A stretch of 64,000 nucleotides of DNA from Balanoglossus misakiensis (Eukaryota > Animalia > Hemichordata), in assembly GCA_040954595.2 (NCBI GenBank), contig CM082583.2, forward strand, positions 3,543,060-3,607,059, given 5' to 3'. The position numbers and the translations under genes were made by a program. Positions 1 to 11,372 of the stretch are shown here, piece by piece (within the stretch, counting starts at the first letter, position 1; each line of letters begins with the position of its first letter). The notes beneath the pieces are model-generated. The model made no database searches, was not told the DNA's origin, and worked only from the letters and a program-made list of their open reading frames with translations.

Positions 1-2419
1 GGTCTGCATTCCATTCAATGAAGTCAGTTCAGTATTTTACATTTGGAGAACGTACGCGGTCCTGTTGTTTACATGATCAAACCATCTAACATCAAAGAAG
101 CGACCGTTCCACCGGCAATTCCTGCAGTTTCCGTTCCAGTTCTACCCGATCTCTATCGATGACAGGCATTTTGCAATTACGCGGGAAGATCAGGCTGCTC
201 GCAGGAGTTGTTTCCGATTCACCACACAACACATTGTCGCCCGAACCGTTCCCATGGCTACGTTTTAAAGGTCAGAGGACACTGACTTTGAGTTACAATG
301 TCAGATTTTTTCACTTCACCAAGGAGTATTTTTCTGTGGCGTTCTGTCGTGTTACGTTAACATTTCAAATCAACTCCGATATGTCTCTCCACGCGCACCA
401 GTAAATACAATGTAGGTCCAGACAGCGCGCCACATATATGTATCTATGGAAACAGTAGTATTGCTTCGTCGATTTAGGTAAGGTGTATATCCATGCGACC
501 TACAGTGTATGTGTCTAATTGAAAATTGATGACATATCAAACTTCCAGATCACCGAGCAATTGAAGAGATTATTTTCCTTTACCAAACATCCATTAATAC
601 CCAGGGTGATTTCATGCAAACGTAACGTTTGTAATAGACCTTTACATGGCTTTAACGTAAAGGAATTTGAACTGCTCTGTTATACTTGTGGAGGTGTAAT
701 AGAATCAAATAATACGATATGATATTTCAATACTGACAATCATATCAGCAGAAAAAAACGTAAACCATGAACGCACAGAATTTCTTAGCAAAATGGGATA
801 TCCAAGACAGCGGACGGATTCAAACTGTGTCTGTGTATGATGTGTCTGCTTGGAATAAATTGATTCAGGGTGTTCTTTAGAAACGTCTAATTAGGACGCT
901 ATCTTTATGCATCGAACAGATGTCCGTAGCCCAGTCTGCATGTTAACATTCCATGAATTTCAAATTGTGTTAGAGCTATCTCCTACGTGTTACACATGCT
1001 GATAAACACATATACATGTACTGCGCTTGAGATTTGCCAATGCATATCCCCTTTGCACAACGCCAAAGAACCGACTCGGCTAATCGGCTGCCCAGTTCCG
1101 ATTGCATGCCCATAAATCGTGGTTACATTGAACGTAAGTAATGTTTTCAATGCATACCTGGTTTTTAGCACCAAAGGGAATGATACACTTTCGATTTTTT
1201 TTGAGAATTTAATGTTTGCTTTGATGTCAGTAGCGTTTCTGTGTATGGGCATTACTGGAAACGGACGTGACTGTGTCATTCTAGCCTCGCCCTGTCTTAC
1301 CTTACCTTACTTTACATATACACGTGTAGATATTGTTTCAGTCTAGTCTTTCAAAGTCATCTTTCCCCGCATGTGTGTTTCAGAAGCTTGTTTAGTGAAA
1401 CACTTTGGAAATCAGAAAATAACAAGTACGTCAAGGAAAGAACGGATTAGATTTGACGCGTCACTTCACATTACCGGTTTCAGCTAGCTCTACGTCAGCA
1501 ACCCGCCTTTTCTAACACGATGCTATTTACTTAAAGTTCAAACCGTCATCGCAAGTAACCTTTCACCATCTGCTTCGCTTTTGCAGAGCTGATTTGCTTT
1601 TTGTTCCGAGGAGGAAGGTGGACGCAGGCACATTTTTATCTCAGCCTCAGTTGCTCCAGACGACGCCTTCTTTTGCCAATGCCACCATTTGCGAGTAATT
1701 AACCCGTATACATTACTTCGTGTAATACCTGCAGGCACCAGCAACACATGACTGATCTGCATAATCAAGCAAAGGAGTACTACGACACGAACATACACTA
1801 TGGTCAAGTACTACACTGCCGCCGAATTTCCAGCGAGTTAATATTTTAGGCATCGGGATTTGTCTAAATCTACGGAATTGGCGTCAAACACCACTGTGAC
1901 AGCGAACTCGTGGCGGAGCGACTTAACTTTATGATTTGGAGAGATGTAGGTTTTTCGCTAATATCGACATCATGGTCAATATTCCCATGTGAGACAACGT
2001 TGTGTCATCTGGATTGTCTTCCTGCTGACTAGCTTGAATGATTCTTTTATGGCGTATGTCTATACTGCGTTAAGGAAACGGTACAATCTATCCTTCACTT
2101 TCTTCACATGAACGATGTGCGTTTGCCTGAAAGTCACTTTAGGGTCCTCTAGAGAGTTCATTGAATGTAAGTATATACATTTAATACCGTCTCTTTAAGT
2201 TTGAATCCGGAAACGGAATATAACAACACTTTGCAAATTTATAACGCGGAGCCATGCATGTGATAATAAATAATGACAGTTGAATTAACCACAATAATGA
2301 CCATTTACTACGTGGAGTACCCTAATAGTCAAAACAACAACTTTCTCTGTGGCTGATGACGTTACATAAACAGGCTTTGTATGTTTGTTGTTTTCACATC
2401 GCAGGTGAAAATTGCAGGC

Positions 2420-3298
2420 TGTGACCGCCAAAGCTTTTCCGTAATATTCAAAAGTCAGAGTCGAGTTTCCATATACGGGTCTTCGGTTTATTATCGATAA
2501 ATCGATCGAGCGATCGCCGAAAGCGACCGTACGAGACTGTACACAATAGTCGAAAGACTTCGAAAGACGAGATGTGCGCAGACCTCGATGCGAATAGGCC
2601 AAATAGACCTCGAGAATGACCGAGACTGATTCGAATAGACCGAGCAAACCGTGGTACGAATAGACCGAGTAAACCGTAAACCGTAAAAACTGAAACATAA
2701 ATACAAATACAAAATGTCAAATCGAAAGAATTACATACACGAAAATCGAGAATGATTTCAATCGAAAACAGATATGTGCAAGCAACACAGTTCGATGTAC
2801 GTGACTGATGTAAAAGATGCAGACAACTCGTCAAAGTCTAATTACAATAAAGTTTCACGAAATACAATTCATATCTGTAAGAATACCGAAAGATATATTA
2901 CCTCGCTGGCGACTTGTAAAGCCTTGTGGTCGGGAAGTTTCGAAATACGAACGAAATATCGAAGGGTGCGAAACGAGAGACGAGGGTGTACTTCACCGTC
3001 CCATAGCGAAGTCGAAAACACGAGGTAAAAATGTGTAGTGATATGACAATCGTAGATGGACTACTTGTAAAACTTTTGGGCGAAATATGGTTTGTCGATG
3101 TGTTCACAATGACCTTCAAAGGTACACATAAAGTCACAACATCTTTCTCTGTGAAAATTAAAAGTCTACAATATCGAAACTCGTAACAAAAAGGGAACTA
3201 TTTTTATGGAGTAAGGTTTTAAAGCAACAAACTGTTCGTGCATATCCCTCATAATTAAAAATACGAAATTCCTTTGTTTTTGCATGGCTTCAGCCACA
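2420..3298 (-). repeat. 3' LTR (879 bp)
   Basis: Matches 10310-11188 with no differences seen by eye; minus-strand AATAAA at 2487-2492; preceded on the minus strand by the PPT. Confidence 0.96.
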
Positions 3299-3306
3299 CT
3301 CCCCCC
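3299..3306 (-). other. Polypurine tract (GGGGGGAG)
   Basis: Plus-strand ctcccccc directly abuts the 3' LTR, the canonical PPT position. Confidence 0.9.
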
Positions 3307-3403
3307 TAAAATCACATTGATTTTACCTAATCGAAACACTGAAAACAACTACCAAATACGTCCAAGCTATTTCTCAGCTCTCCCCTGTGTCGCTGAGAAC
3401 AAC

Positions 3404-6400
3404 TTACCTTAGCATTTTTTCTGCTTCGGGATTTTCTACCAATAAAACAAGCTTATGAATAGGCCTTTCTAAAATTGTTGCCTTGTCTACTTTCTTACCT
3501 TGTCCTTGTTTCGAGAGGTTGGGATCACCCACAAGGATAGTGACTCTGCGTATCAAACAATCATCATCGCGCAAAGTGTCTATTACTTTTGCAAGTCTCC
3601 ACTGATTTCTCACAGTGTCATCTTCCTTCAGAAGTACAATATCTCCAGCTTCAAGGTTTCTCTTTGTTTCCTGCCACTTCTGTCTGGCCTGTAGATTCTG
3701 TAAGTATTCCTTACGCCATCTTGTCCAGAACTCGTTCGCAAGATACTGAACAGCACGCCATCGTTTCCTGGCATACAGATCTTCTCTGACGAAGTTGCCT
3801 GGCGGTGGCAAAATCACATCCGATTTCATAGTCAGCAGCTGATTTGGAGTAAGAGGCATCGGTCCAGTAGGGTCGTTCAAGTTTTCTGCTGATAAGGGTC
3901 GACTATTCACGATCGCCATTGCTTCGTACATCAGAGTACGAAGAGACGAAGTGTTCAATCTGGATCCCATCTTTTCCAGAATTCCTGCGAGAACGTTTCT
4001 GACCGACCGTATTTGACGTTCCCAAACGCCTCCCATATGACTCGAGGAGGGTGAATTGAAAACAAATTCACACTGTCGTTTGGACAACACATCTTTGATT
4101 CTTCCTTCGTCGAGAGCTTGCAATCCAAGCTGAAGCTCATTCCTGGCTCCTACGAAATTGGATCCCCGATCACAACGCAAGTGTCGTACGGGTCCTCTGA
4201 TAGCGATGAATGTGCGAAGCGAATTCAGAAATGCATCGGTTGACATTTCTTCGACAACCTCTATGTGTATGGCTCGAAGCGCTAGGCAAGTGAAAATGAC
4301 ACCATATCGTTTCACATCACTGCGGCGTTCCTTCACGACGAAAGGTCCAAAGCAGTCCATTCCACAATAGGTAAATGGCGGCGATGGCTCGAGACGATCT
4401 TTGGGCAAATCTGCCATTCTCTGTGTGTTGGCCTTGCCTCTGAGTTTCCTACACTGAACACACTTGTGTATATACGAAGCGACTGCTGCGTTGCAGTTGA
4501 TGATCCAGAATCCACACGATCTGAGTTTGTTCACTGTAATACCACGTCCCTGGTGGGCCACTTGCTCATGACACCATCTGATAAGCAGTGCAGTCACGTG
4601 GCTCTTTCGAGGTAGAATAATAGGGTGCTTGACATAGTCAGGCATGGAGGATCTACTCAGTCTGCCTCCAACTCTGAGTATCTGCTGATCATCTAGGTAT
4701 GGGTTCAATGGGTACAGGTGACTTTTACGTTTCACCATTGAGGGTTCACTGTCTTCTGAGGTGCGACATTTCAATGACTCTATTTCTTCTTTGAAAGCTT
4801 CCTGTTGGGCCCATGCCACGATGGCCATGGTAGCTTTTTGTCTTGTTTCTCCGGAAGCAATTTCCTTTCGCTTTCCCTTCCCGGATACATAGCGATACAA
4901 GGTGGCGAATGCTCCTACAACCTTGTTCCAATCCGAAAATCGCTCTACACGATGTAACATGGATGACGTTGCAGTCGAGGAAGTCATCAATGTTCTGGTA
5001 TTCTTTACCTCGGGGTCATCTGCTGACACCTGTGCGTCTACCCGAGTGGACAGAGGAAGCTCTTTGTCCCACAAAAAGGCAGGACCTCTAAACCAATTGG
5101 ACTTCATCAGTCCATCAACGCCGAGTCCACGAGATGCATGATCTGCAGGGTTCTCCTCAGTGTGGACATAGCGCCACTGCTCTGGCTGAGATGATTCTTT
5201 AATTCTTTGTATGCGATTCGCGACATATATGTGGAAGCGGCGAGCATCATTTCCTATGTAGCCGAGTACCACTTTCGAGTCTGTCCAGTAGAAGTTCTCC
5301 ATCACTGGGTAATCTAACTCTTTGTTCAGTAGATTGCTGACCTGTATAGAGACAACAGCAGCTTGAAGTTCCAATCGAGGAACAGTAATGGGTTTCAAAG
5401 GGGCGACTCTAGCCTTTCCCATCACGAGCGAACAATGAATATTATCTAGACTGTCGACTAGTCTGATATACGAACACTGCCCATAACCTGTCAGGCTGGC
5501 ATCCGAGAAGTGGTGAAGCTCAACTTTCTTCACTGGTCCGAAATGTTGCGGCTTGAAGCACCTTCTTATCTTCAAGTCGTCTAGCTTGGGCAACTCAGCA
5601 AGCCATGATTCCCACCTCGGACGTAAATCGTCTGGCAAGGGATCATCCCAATCGGTTCCTTTCTTGCACATCTCTTGCAAGATCCGTTTTCCTCGAAGTA
5701 CGAAAGGTGCGAGAAATCCGAGAGGATCGAAAACAGATGCTACTGCCGAAAGTATTCCACGGCGAGAAGGCGAGTGCATCTTGACGATAGGCGAAAAATG
5801 GAACGAGTCTGACTCAACGCGCCACTCGATTCCAAGTGCTCTTTCGATAGGTAGCTCACTGAACGACAAATCCAAATCCTTGACGTTCTTGGCACGCTCT
5901 GAAATAGGGACAGATTCCATCGTAGTTCTGTCATTCGATATGAACTTGTGCAGACGTAAATTTCCTTCTGCGCAAAGGTTGCGAACATCCTGTATAAGTT
6001 GGACAGCCTCTGATGCCGTCTCGAGACTATGGAGACCATCATCAACATAGAAATTCTTTGCGACGAAATCTACTGCACTCTTACCATGTTGTGGGTTGTC
6101 TTTGGCCACTTGTCGAAGTCCGTAGTTCGCGCATCCCGGCGAGGACACAGCGCCGAATAGGTGAACATTCATCCTGTAGGTAACTGGTTCCGAGTCGACA
6201 TTACCATCTCTCCACCAAAGGAATCGGAGATAGTTTCTGTCATCTTTCTTGACTCTGAATCTGTGGAACATTCGCTCGATGTCACACATGACTGCGATGT
6301 TCTCTTTACGAAAACGACAAAGTACACCGATGAGGGAATTTATCTGATCCGGTCCCTGCAACAAATGATCGTTGAGGCTCGTTCCCTTGAACCTTGCACT

Positions 6401-9400
6401 ACAATCGAACACGACACGAATTTTGTCTGGTTTTTGAGGGTGATACACCCCATGGTGTGGAATATACCACATCGATCCATCATGTGTATTCTTGTCGTCG
6501 ACCAGTTCCGCATCTCCTGACGCGATAATGTCTTCCATGAAGTTTCTGTAGTCGTTCAGATACTTTGGGTTTGACTTGAAGCGCCTTTTCAAGTACTGAA
6601 GTCTCTGCTGCGCTATACATCTGTTGTTTGGAAGCGCTGGTCTATCTTGTCTGAATGGAAGTGGCATTGTATAGAATCCATCTGGTTCTTTCGAAATACC
6701 ATTTTCCATGATCTTCAAAAATCGAATGTCGTCCTGAGACATGGCGGTTTCTTCAACTCTTTGTTCGTTGAAGTCCGATTCGAGAATTCTCACCACGTCC
6801 AAAGGGTTGAGGACTTGCTCCTTGGCTGTGGTCTTAAAGGCATAACGAACTGCCGACGAATGAGACTCTTCCATACGAAGTCTCTGCTGACTGTCTACAC
6901 CTGGTTGTAGACCGTCTGGTATCACCCTTGTAAGTACTCTATGGGTAAAACTGAAGACATCTTCCCTTTCATCTCGATGTGTAAGATGTCCGACGATGCT
7001 CCATCCTAAGTCTGTCTCTACTGCGAATGGCTGATTTCCACTGCCTGTGACACAGCTACGAGGTGCTAGGGCTTGAGGACAATCATAACCTATCAACAGA
7101 CCAACTTCACATTTCTGTTGAGGATGAATACGAGTAGCGATTTCTCTAAGATGAGGCCACCCATTGGCCATATCACGAGTGGGTATGTGCGATTTTTCCA
7201 CTGGTATGTAATCAAGCGAATACGTAGTGGGCAACGGAACTATTTTGTCACAGTCAAACCCGCGAACTCTGAGTTTGCGATACTTGTGACAGGCAACAAC
7301 CTTGTTGCTCGTTGTCATGGTTGTCATACGGAGGTTTGCTGGCTCAGATGCTGTATGTAGCTGTTCAGCGACATGATCCAACACGAAAGTAGTATCTGAC
7401 TGTGTGTCCAACAGCGCGTACACTAGAATCTCTCTGTTCGGTTCTTCGTATCCAGAAATCCACACTGGAACGATCATCGACGAAATAGACTTTCCTCGTG
7501 GGCAAGTCACACCATAGCAGTCCGCTTTCTTCGTTTCGGGTGTGGTTTCTTTTCTGTAGTCTCGCACTGGAGACTGAACAGTGCTCATGGTTTCGTTCAT
7601 GGACGAGTTAAACATCCTCGGCTGGACAATTTTTTCGTCGGAATGCAGACTGGTGGGATGTTTCCTACTGCATTTTTTACACACGCCACGGGATTTGCAG
7701 TTCTTTGAGATGTGCCCCGTGTTAAGACATCCGAAGCAGTAACCGCCCTTTCGAACAAATTCCTGTCTTTCAGACATAGGCGTGGAAGCGAAGCGATAAC
7801 ATTCCTGTATAGCGTGCCCAGTCTTTTTGCAGAAAACACACGACTGGTTTACCGCCCCTGGTTTTGCTGTGGTCGAGAGCGTACGTGCACCTTGGGTGCG
7901 CCTCCTGGTGCTGGTCGGAGTTTTCTCCGGGTCTCTGTCTGTTGGGGACCTCAGCGAGCCGATTGAGGTCAATGGGTCACATGCAATATCTGCCTCTTCC
8001 TCCATGAAGCAGACAAATCTTTCGAATGGGGGGTATGCGTTCGTAGCCTTCTTTATTCTTGCTACGATCCTGCTCCATCTGTTTACGAGCCAGTCCGGTA
8101 ACTTCTGGAGCATTTTCCTATTTTCGTGGATATCGTTCAGCACTGCGAGGTCTGGGATATCCTTCATCGCAATCCGGCATTGTTTCAAGAAGTCTGCGAA
8201 CTTTCGCAATGCCTTCCCGTCCTTGCCGGGGATTCTCGGCCATCTTTCAATTTTTTCTCTAAAGGCCTCTGTTACGGCGAAAGAATTACCGTATCGTTCT
8301 TCCAGAATGGTTCTTGCCTCTTCGTATGCTCCTTCACTTCGGAGTAAGAAGCATCCGGCGACTGCTTCCTTAGCAGGTCCACCCAAATACTTCTTCAGGT
8401 GATGGATTCTTTCGATTGGTGGGACCCCTCGTGATTCAACTAAGGTGATGAAAGACGATATCCAATCTGGATAAGAAAGTGGGTCTCCCATGAATATTGG
8501 TGGTTCGGGTGTAGCGAGTCTGCTCAAGGACACAGATGTTGCCAAGGCTTCTGTCAATACCTTGAGGTCTTCTCTGTTCTCCGATGGGCGATATTCATTT
8601 GCTGTTGCACGTAGTGTATAATCTTGTGGTTTCGGTTGCGACGTCGACGGCTTGGTAGTCGGCGGGGTGACTGGTTCTGCTTTTACAGTACGCGCGGGAA
8701 TATGAGCAGCGGGTGTCGACTGGCTGATCGGTTCAGTCTTCACGACAGGCAACTCGCTTGTCACCGGTGGCAACATAGTCTTCGCTAATGGCAGGTTGTA
8801 AAGTAGTTCTTCTCTTTCACAAGCAGCTATCTTCGCTTTCTCCACATGTAGTTCTCCTACTAATTTCTGTCTTTCTAGCACTCTTTTCCTACGACGTATT
8901 TCTGCCTCAGCTTCTTCTTGGCGTCTTCTCTCTTCTGCCACAGCTGCCGCTTGTCGTCTTTTTTCTTCTGCCTCTAAGTGTTCCAATTCCTCTTCATGTG
9001 CTGTCTCTTCATGTTTTGCTTCGATTTCCGCCTGTAGGGCAGCTGCCCTGACAGCTGCGTTTCTCCGTACTGATGACGTACTGGAAGAGCTGGATCGTTT
9101 GGATGACCTAGAGCTCGACTTTGTGTGATGTGAAGGCACGGATCCGAATGAAACTGAGCTATGAGCATCGGCTCGCGCAATCAGTCGCTGTGCATAATTG
9201 ATGACACTATCCACGCGCAAATTCAAACGATCGACGGCTTTCAATACATCCTCTAAGGGGGTGTCCGACACGGCGCGTATCTGATCATGAATTTCAATCA
9301 AAACAGTGCGCTCGCGCTCTATTTCTTTCAAAATAGTATATATGTTTTCTACAGACTCTTTGTCGAATATGTCAGGGTTTTTCACAAATGACAACAACCG

Positions 9401-9619
9401 ATTGTGAGTACGCCAGAACTGCTTCTCCAAATCAATTAACTTACCTTCCCTAGCTTTCTCAGTAAGCTTGGGTACTCGTTCTGATCTGCGTAATGTGTAC
9501 ACATTTTCATCCATTTCAGTTTCATGAATCTCTGCTTTTGTTACAATTTGATCTGTTTCATCAGGCTTACCTTGATCATCAGCGGTTGGCACTGATTCCT
9601 GTGTGTCCTTTTCGGCCAT
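3404..9619 (-). CDS. Bel/Pao Gag-Pol polyprotein (~2071 aa from the ATG at 9619)
   Basis: Uninterrupted ORF. Three zinc knuckles (CVFCKKTGHAIQEC, CFGCLNTGHISKNC, CKKCSRKHPTSLH); protease ALLDTQS; RT motifs WYIPHHGV, KIRVVFDCSA, DIERMF, YVDD; Pao-type RNase H (HHFSDAS, RLELQAA, WTDS, NPAD); integrase HHCC plus D-D-E (GMDCFGP, CDRGSNF, WERQI). Confidence 0.96.
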   Translation of the reverse strand: MAEKDTQESVPTADDQGKPDETDQIVTKAEIHETEMDENVYTLRRSERVPKLTEKAREGKLIDLEKQFWRTHNRLLSFVKNPDIFDKESVENIYTILKEIERERTVLIEIHDQIRAVSDTPLEDVLKAVDRLNLRVDSVINYAQRLIARADAHSSVSFGSVPSHHTKSSSRSSKRSSSSSTSSVRRNAAVRAAALQAEIEAKHEETAHEEELEHLEAEEKRRQAAAVAEERRRQEEAEAEIRRRKRVLERQKLVGELHVEKAKIAACEREELLYNLPLAKTMLPPVTSELPVVKTEPISQSTPAAHIPARTVKAEPVTPPTTKPSTSQPKPQDYTLRATANEYRPSENREDLKVLTEALATSVSLSRLATPEPPIFMGDPLSYPDWISSFITLVESRGVPPIERIHHLKKYLGGPAKEAVAGCFLLRSEGAYEEARTILEERYGNSFAVTEAFREKIERWPRIPGKDGKALRKFADFLKQCRIAMKDIPDLAVLNDIHENRKMLQKLPDWLVNRWSRIVARIKKATNAYPPFERFVCFMEEEADIACDPLTSIGSLRSPTDRDPEKTPTSTRRRTQGARTLSTTAKPGAVNQSCVFCKKTGHAIQECYRFASTPMSERQEFVRKGGYCFGCLNTGHISKNCKSRGVCKKCSRKHPTSLHSDEKIVQPRMFNSSMNETMSTVQSPVRDYRKETTPETKKADCYGVTCPRGKSISSMIVPVWISGYEEPNREILVYALLDTQSDTTFVLDHVAEQLHTASEPANLRMTTMTTSNKVVACHKYRKLRVRGFDCDKIVPLPTTYSLDYIPVEKSHIPTRDMANGWPHLREIATRIHPQQKCEVGLLIGYDCPQALAPRSCVTGSGNQPFAVETDLGWSIVGHLTHRDEREDVFSFTHRVLTRVIPDGLQPGVDSQQRLRMEESHSSAVRYAFKTTAKEQVLNPLDVVRILESDFNEQRVEETAMSQDDIRFLKIMENGISKEPDGFYTMPLPFRQDRPALPNNRCIAQQRLQYLKRRFKSNPKYLNDYRNFMEDIIASGDAELVDDKNTHDGSMWYIPHHGVYHPQKPDKIRVVFDCSARFKGTSLNDHLLQGPDQINSLIGVLCRFRKENIAVMCDIERMFHRFRVKKDDRNYLRFLWWRDGNVDSEPVTYRMNVHLFGAVSSPGCANYGLRQVAKDNPQHGKSAVDFVAKNFYVDDGLHSLETASEAVQLIQDVRNLCAEGNLRLHKFISNDRTTMESVPISERAKNVKDLDLSFSELPIERALGIEWRVESDSFHFSPIVKMHSPSRRGILSAVASVFDPLGFLAPFVLRGKRILQEMCKKGTDWDDPLPDDLRPRWESWLAELPKLDDLKIRRCFKPQHFGPVKKVELHHFSDASLTGYGQCSYIRLVDSLDNIHCSLVMGKARVAPLKPITVPRLELQAAVVSIQVSNLLNKELDYPVMENFYWTDSKVVLGYIGNDARRFHIYVANRIQRIKESSQPEQWRYVHTEENPADHASRGLGVDGLMKSNWFRGPAFLWDKELPLSTRVDAQVSADDPEVKNTRTLMTSSTATSSMLHRVERFSDWNKVVGAFATLYRYVSGKGKRKEIASGETRQKATMAIVAWAQQEAFKEEIESLKCRTSEDSEPSMVKRKSHLYPLNPYLDDQQILRVGGRLSRSSMPDYVKHPIILPRKSHVTALLIRWCHEQVAHQGRGITVNKLRSCGFWIINCNAAVASYIHKCVQCRKLRGKANTQRMADLPKDRLEPSPPFTYCGMDCFGPFVVKERRSDVKRYGVIFTCLALRAIHIEVVEEMSTDAFLNSLRTFIAIRGPVRHLRCDRGSNFVGARNELQLGLQALDEGRIKDVLSKRQCEFVFNSPSSSHMGGVWERQIRSVRNVLAGILEKMGSRLNTSSLRTLMYEAMAIVNSRPLSAENLNDPTGPMPLTPNQLLTMKSDVILPPPGNFVREDLYARKRWRAVQYLANEFWTRWRKEYLQNLQARQKWQETKRNLEAGDIVLLKEDDTVRNQWRLAKVIDTLRDDDCLIRRVTILVGDPNLSKQGQGKKVDKATILERPIHKLVLLVENPEAEKMLR

Positions 9620-10262
9620 AGTTGAACTTGGGTGAACACAACTAGAGAGCTGAAACAATCACTGTGACTATTCAGTGTAGATACAAATTTGGAAATCTAA
9701 ACCCGAGGGAGTAATTACACAAGCAATTTGATGCCGGGTACTGACAGTGAACAATTTCAAACACTTTGACAAATACAAAACTGTGTGAGTTTCAACAAAG
9801 GAGACTCTCTGTATCGCAAAGGCTGATACGAGTGACACTAATGTGCACAATTTGGGGACATTGATAAAACTGAATGTTCAAATCACACATGCACACAAGC
9901 CAAAATGACAATGAGGAAATGTGCTCAGAGTTCAAAGTTCAATATTAATGTTCAAAGTCAATGTTCAATATTCTGTCCTAATTCCGAAGGAGAGTGTCCA
10001 GAATGTTCAATCTGCTGCTTCTGTTAACAGTCGCTGAACGTCTTCACTCTTCTCTGCAGTCTGTAGTCTTCATGGGTTGATTCAACAGTAGGGTAATAGG
10101 CGAATACTGGCTGAACCATGTAACAGCGCCCTCGACGACGAGTCTTCGGATGAACCGATGACGTCACACACAATGATGTAGGACGATAATTTCACCTCCA
10201 GATCGAACAGCAATAAAATCGTTGAAAGACTTACGTCCGTTCCGAGTTCTGTTTCGAAGGTC

Positions 10263-10309
10263 CGAGTTCCTACTCGCGCTCGAGTTTTTACTAGCGCCCG
10301 AGTTTTTAC
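10263..10309 (-). other. Non-canonical primer-binding region: three 18-bp-period repeats starting GTAAAAACTCG
   Basis: Immediately after the 5' LTR the minus strand reads gtaaaaactcgggcgcta gtaaaaactcgagcgcga gtaggaactcg; there is no TGG start complementary to a tRNA CCA end. Confidence 0.7.
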
Positions 10310-11188
10310 TGTGACCGCCAAAGCTTTTCCGTAATATTCAAAAGTCAGAGTCGAGTTTCCATATACGGGTCTTCGGTTTATTATCGATAAATCGATCGAG
10401 CGATCGCCGAAAGCGACCGTACGAGACTGTACACAATAGTCGAAAGACTTCGAAAGACGAGATGTGCGCAGACCTCGATGCGAATAGGCCAAATAGACCT
10501 CGAGAATGACCGAGACTGATTCGAATAGACCGAGCAAACCGTGGTACGAATAGACCGAGTAAACCGTAAACCGTAAAAACTGAAACATAAATACAAATAC
10601 AAAATGTCAAATCGAAAGAATTACATACACGAAAATCGAGAATGATTTCAATCGAAAACAGATATGTGCAAGCAACACAGTTCGATGTACGTGACTGATG
10701 TAAAAGATGCAGACAACTCGTCAAAGTCTAATTACAATAAAGTTTCACGAAATACAATTCATATCTGTAAGAATACCGAAAGATATATTACCTCGCTGGC
10801 GACTTGTAAAGCCTTGTGGTCGGGAAGTTTCGAAATACGAACGAAATATCGAAGGGTGCGAAACGAGAGACGAGGGTGTACTTCACCGTCCCATAGCGAA
10901 GTCGAAAACACGAGGTAAAAATGTGTAGTGATATGACAATCGTAGATGGACTACTTGTAAAACTTTTGGGCGAAATATGGTTTGTCGATGTGTTCACAAT
11001 GACCTTCAAAGGTACACATAAAGTCACAACATCTTTCTCTGTGAAAATTAAAAGTCTACAATATCGAAACTCGTAACAAAAAGGGAACTATTTTTATGGA
11101 GTAAGGTTTTAAAGCAACAAACTGTTCGTGCATATCCCTCATAATTAAAAATACGAAATTCCTTTGTTTTTGCATGGCTTCAGCCACA
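10310..11188 (-). repeat. 5' LTR (879 bp)
   Basis: Copy of 2420-3298, upstream of the gag-pol ORF on the minus strand. Confidence 0.96.
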
Positions 11189-11372
11189 CAGGCCGGTTAG
11201 TAACAGGTCTTATTTATACTTCTATTGGGTCTTACGTGATTAAGAATGATTGTTGTGGCCAATTTAACTATTGGCCTTATCAATGGCTTCGCGTTGTAAA
11301 TCTGTAAACGGTAGCAAATGAATAGACTTCTGGTATAAATAAATTTTATCAGAATTTAACTCTGTTTTCCAG

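Larger units (their letters stand above)
2420..11188 (-). mobile_element. Full-length Bel/Pao LTR retrotransposon (8769 bp)
   Basis: Direct repeats 2420-3298 and 10310-11188 (offset 7890) with TG...CA termini; 5-bp target duplication CAGGC at 2415-2419 and 11189-11193; single gag-pol ORF with Bel/Pao domain order; polypurine tract next to the 3' LTR. Confidence 0.97.

Noticed and set aside
1-480. Possible exon ending at the donor-like gtaagg at 478
   Set aside because: Could not be joined in phase to the downstream gene model; may be UTR or unrelated.
2285-3348. Short ORFs in and around the LTRs (repeated at 10082-11027)
   Set aside because: They arise from LTR sequence, have no recognisable domains and are duplicated only because the LTRs are.
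3500-9180. Many short ORFs overlapping gag-pol
   Set aside because: Antisense or alternate-frame shadows of the long ORF; no env-like or other domain recognised.
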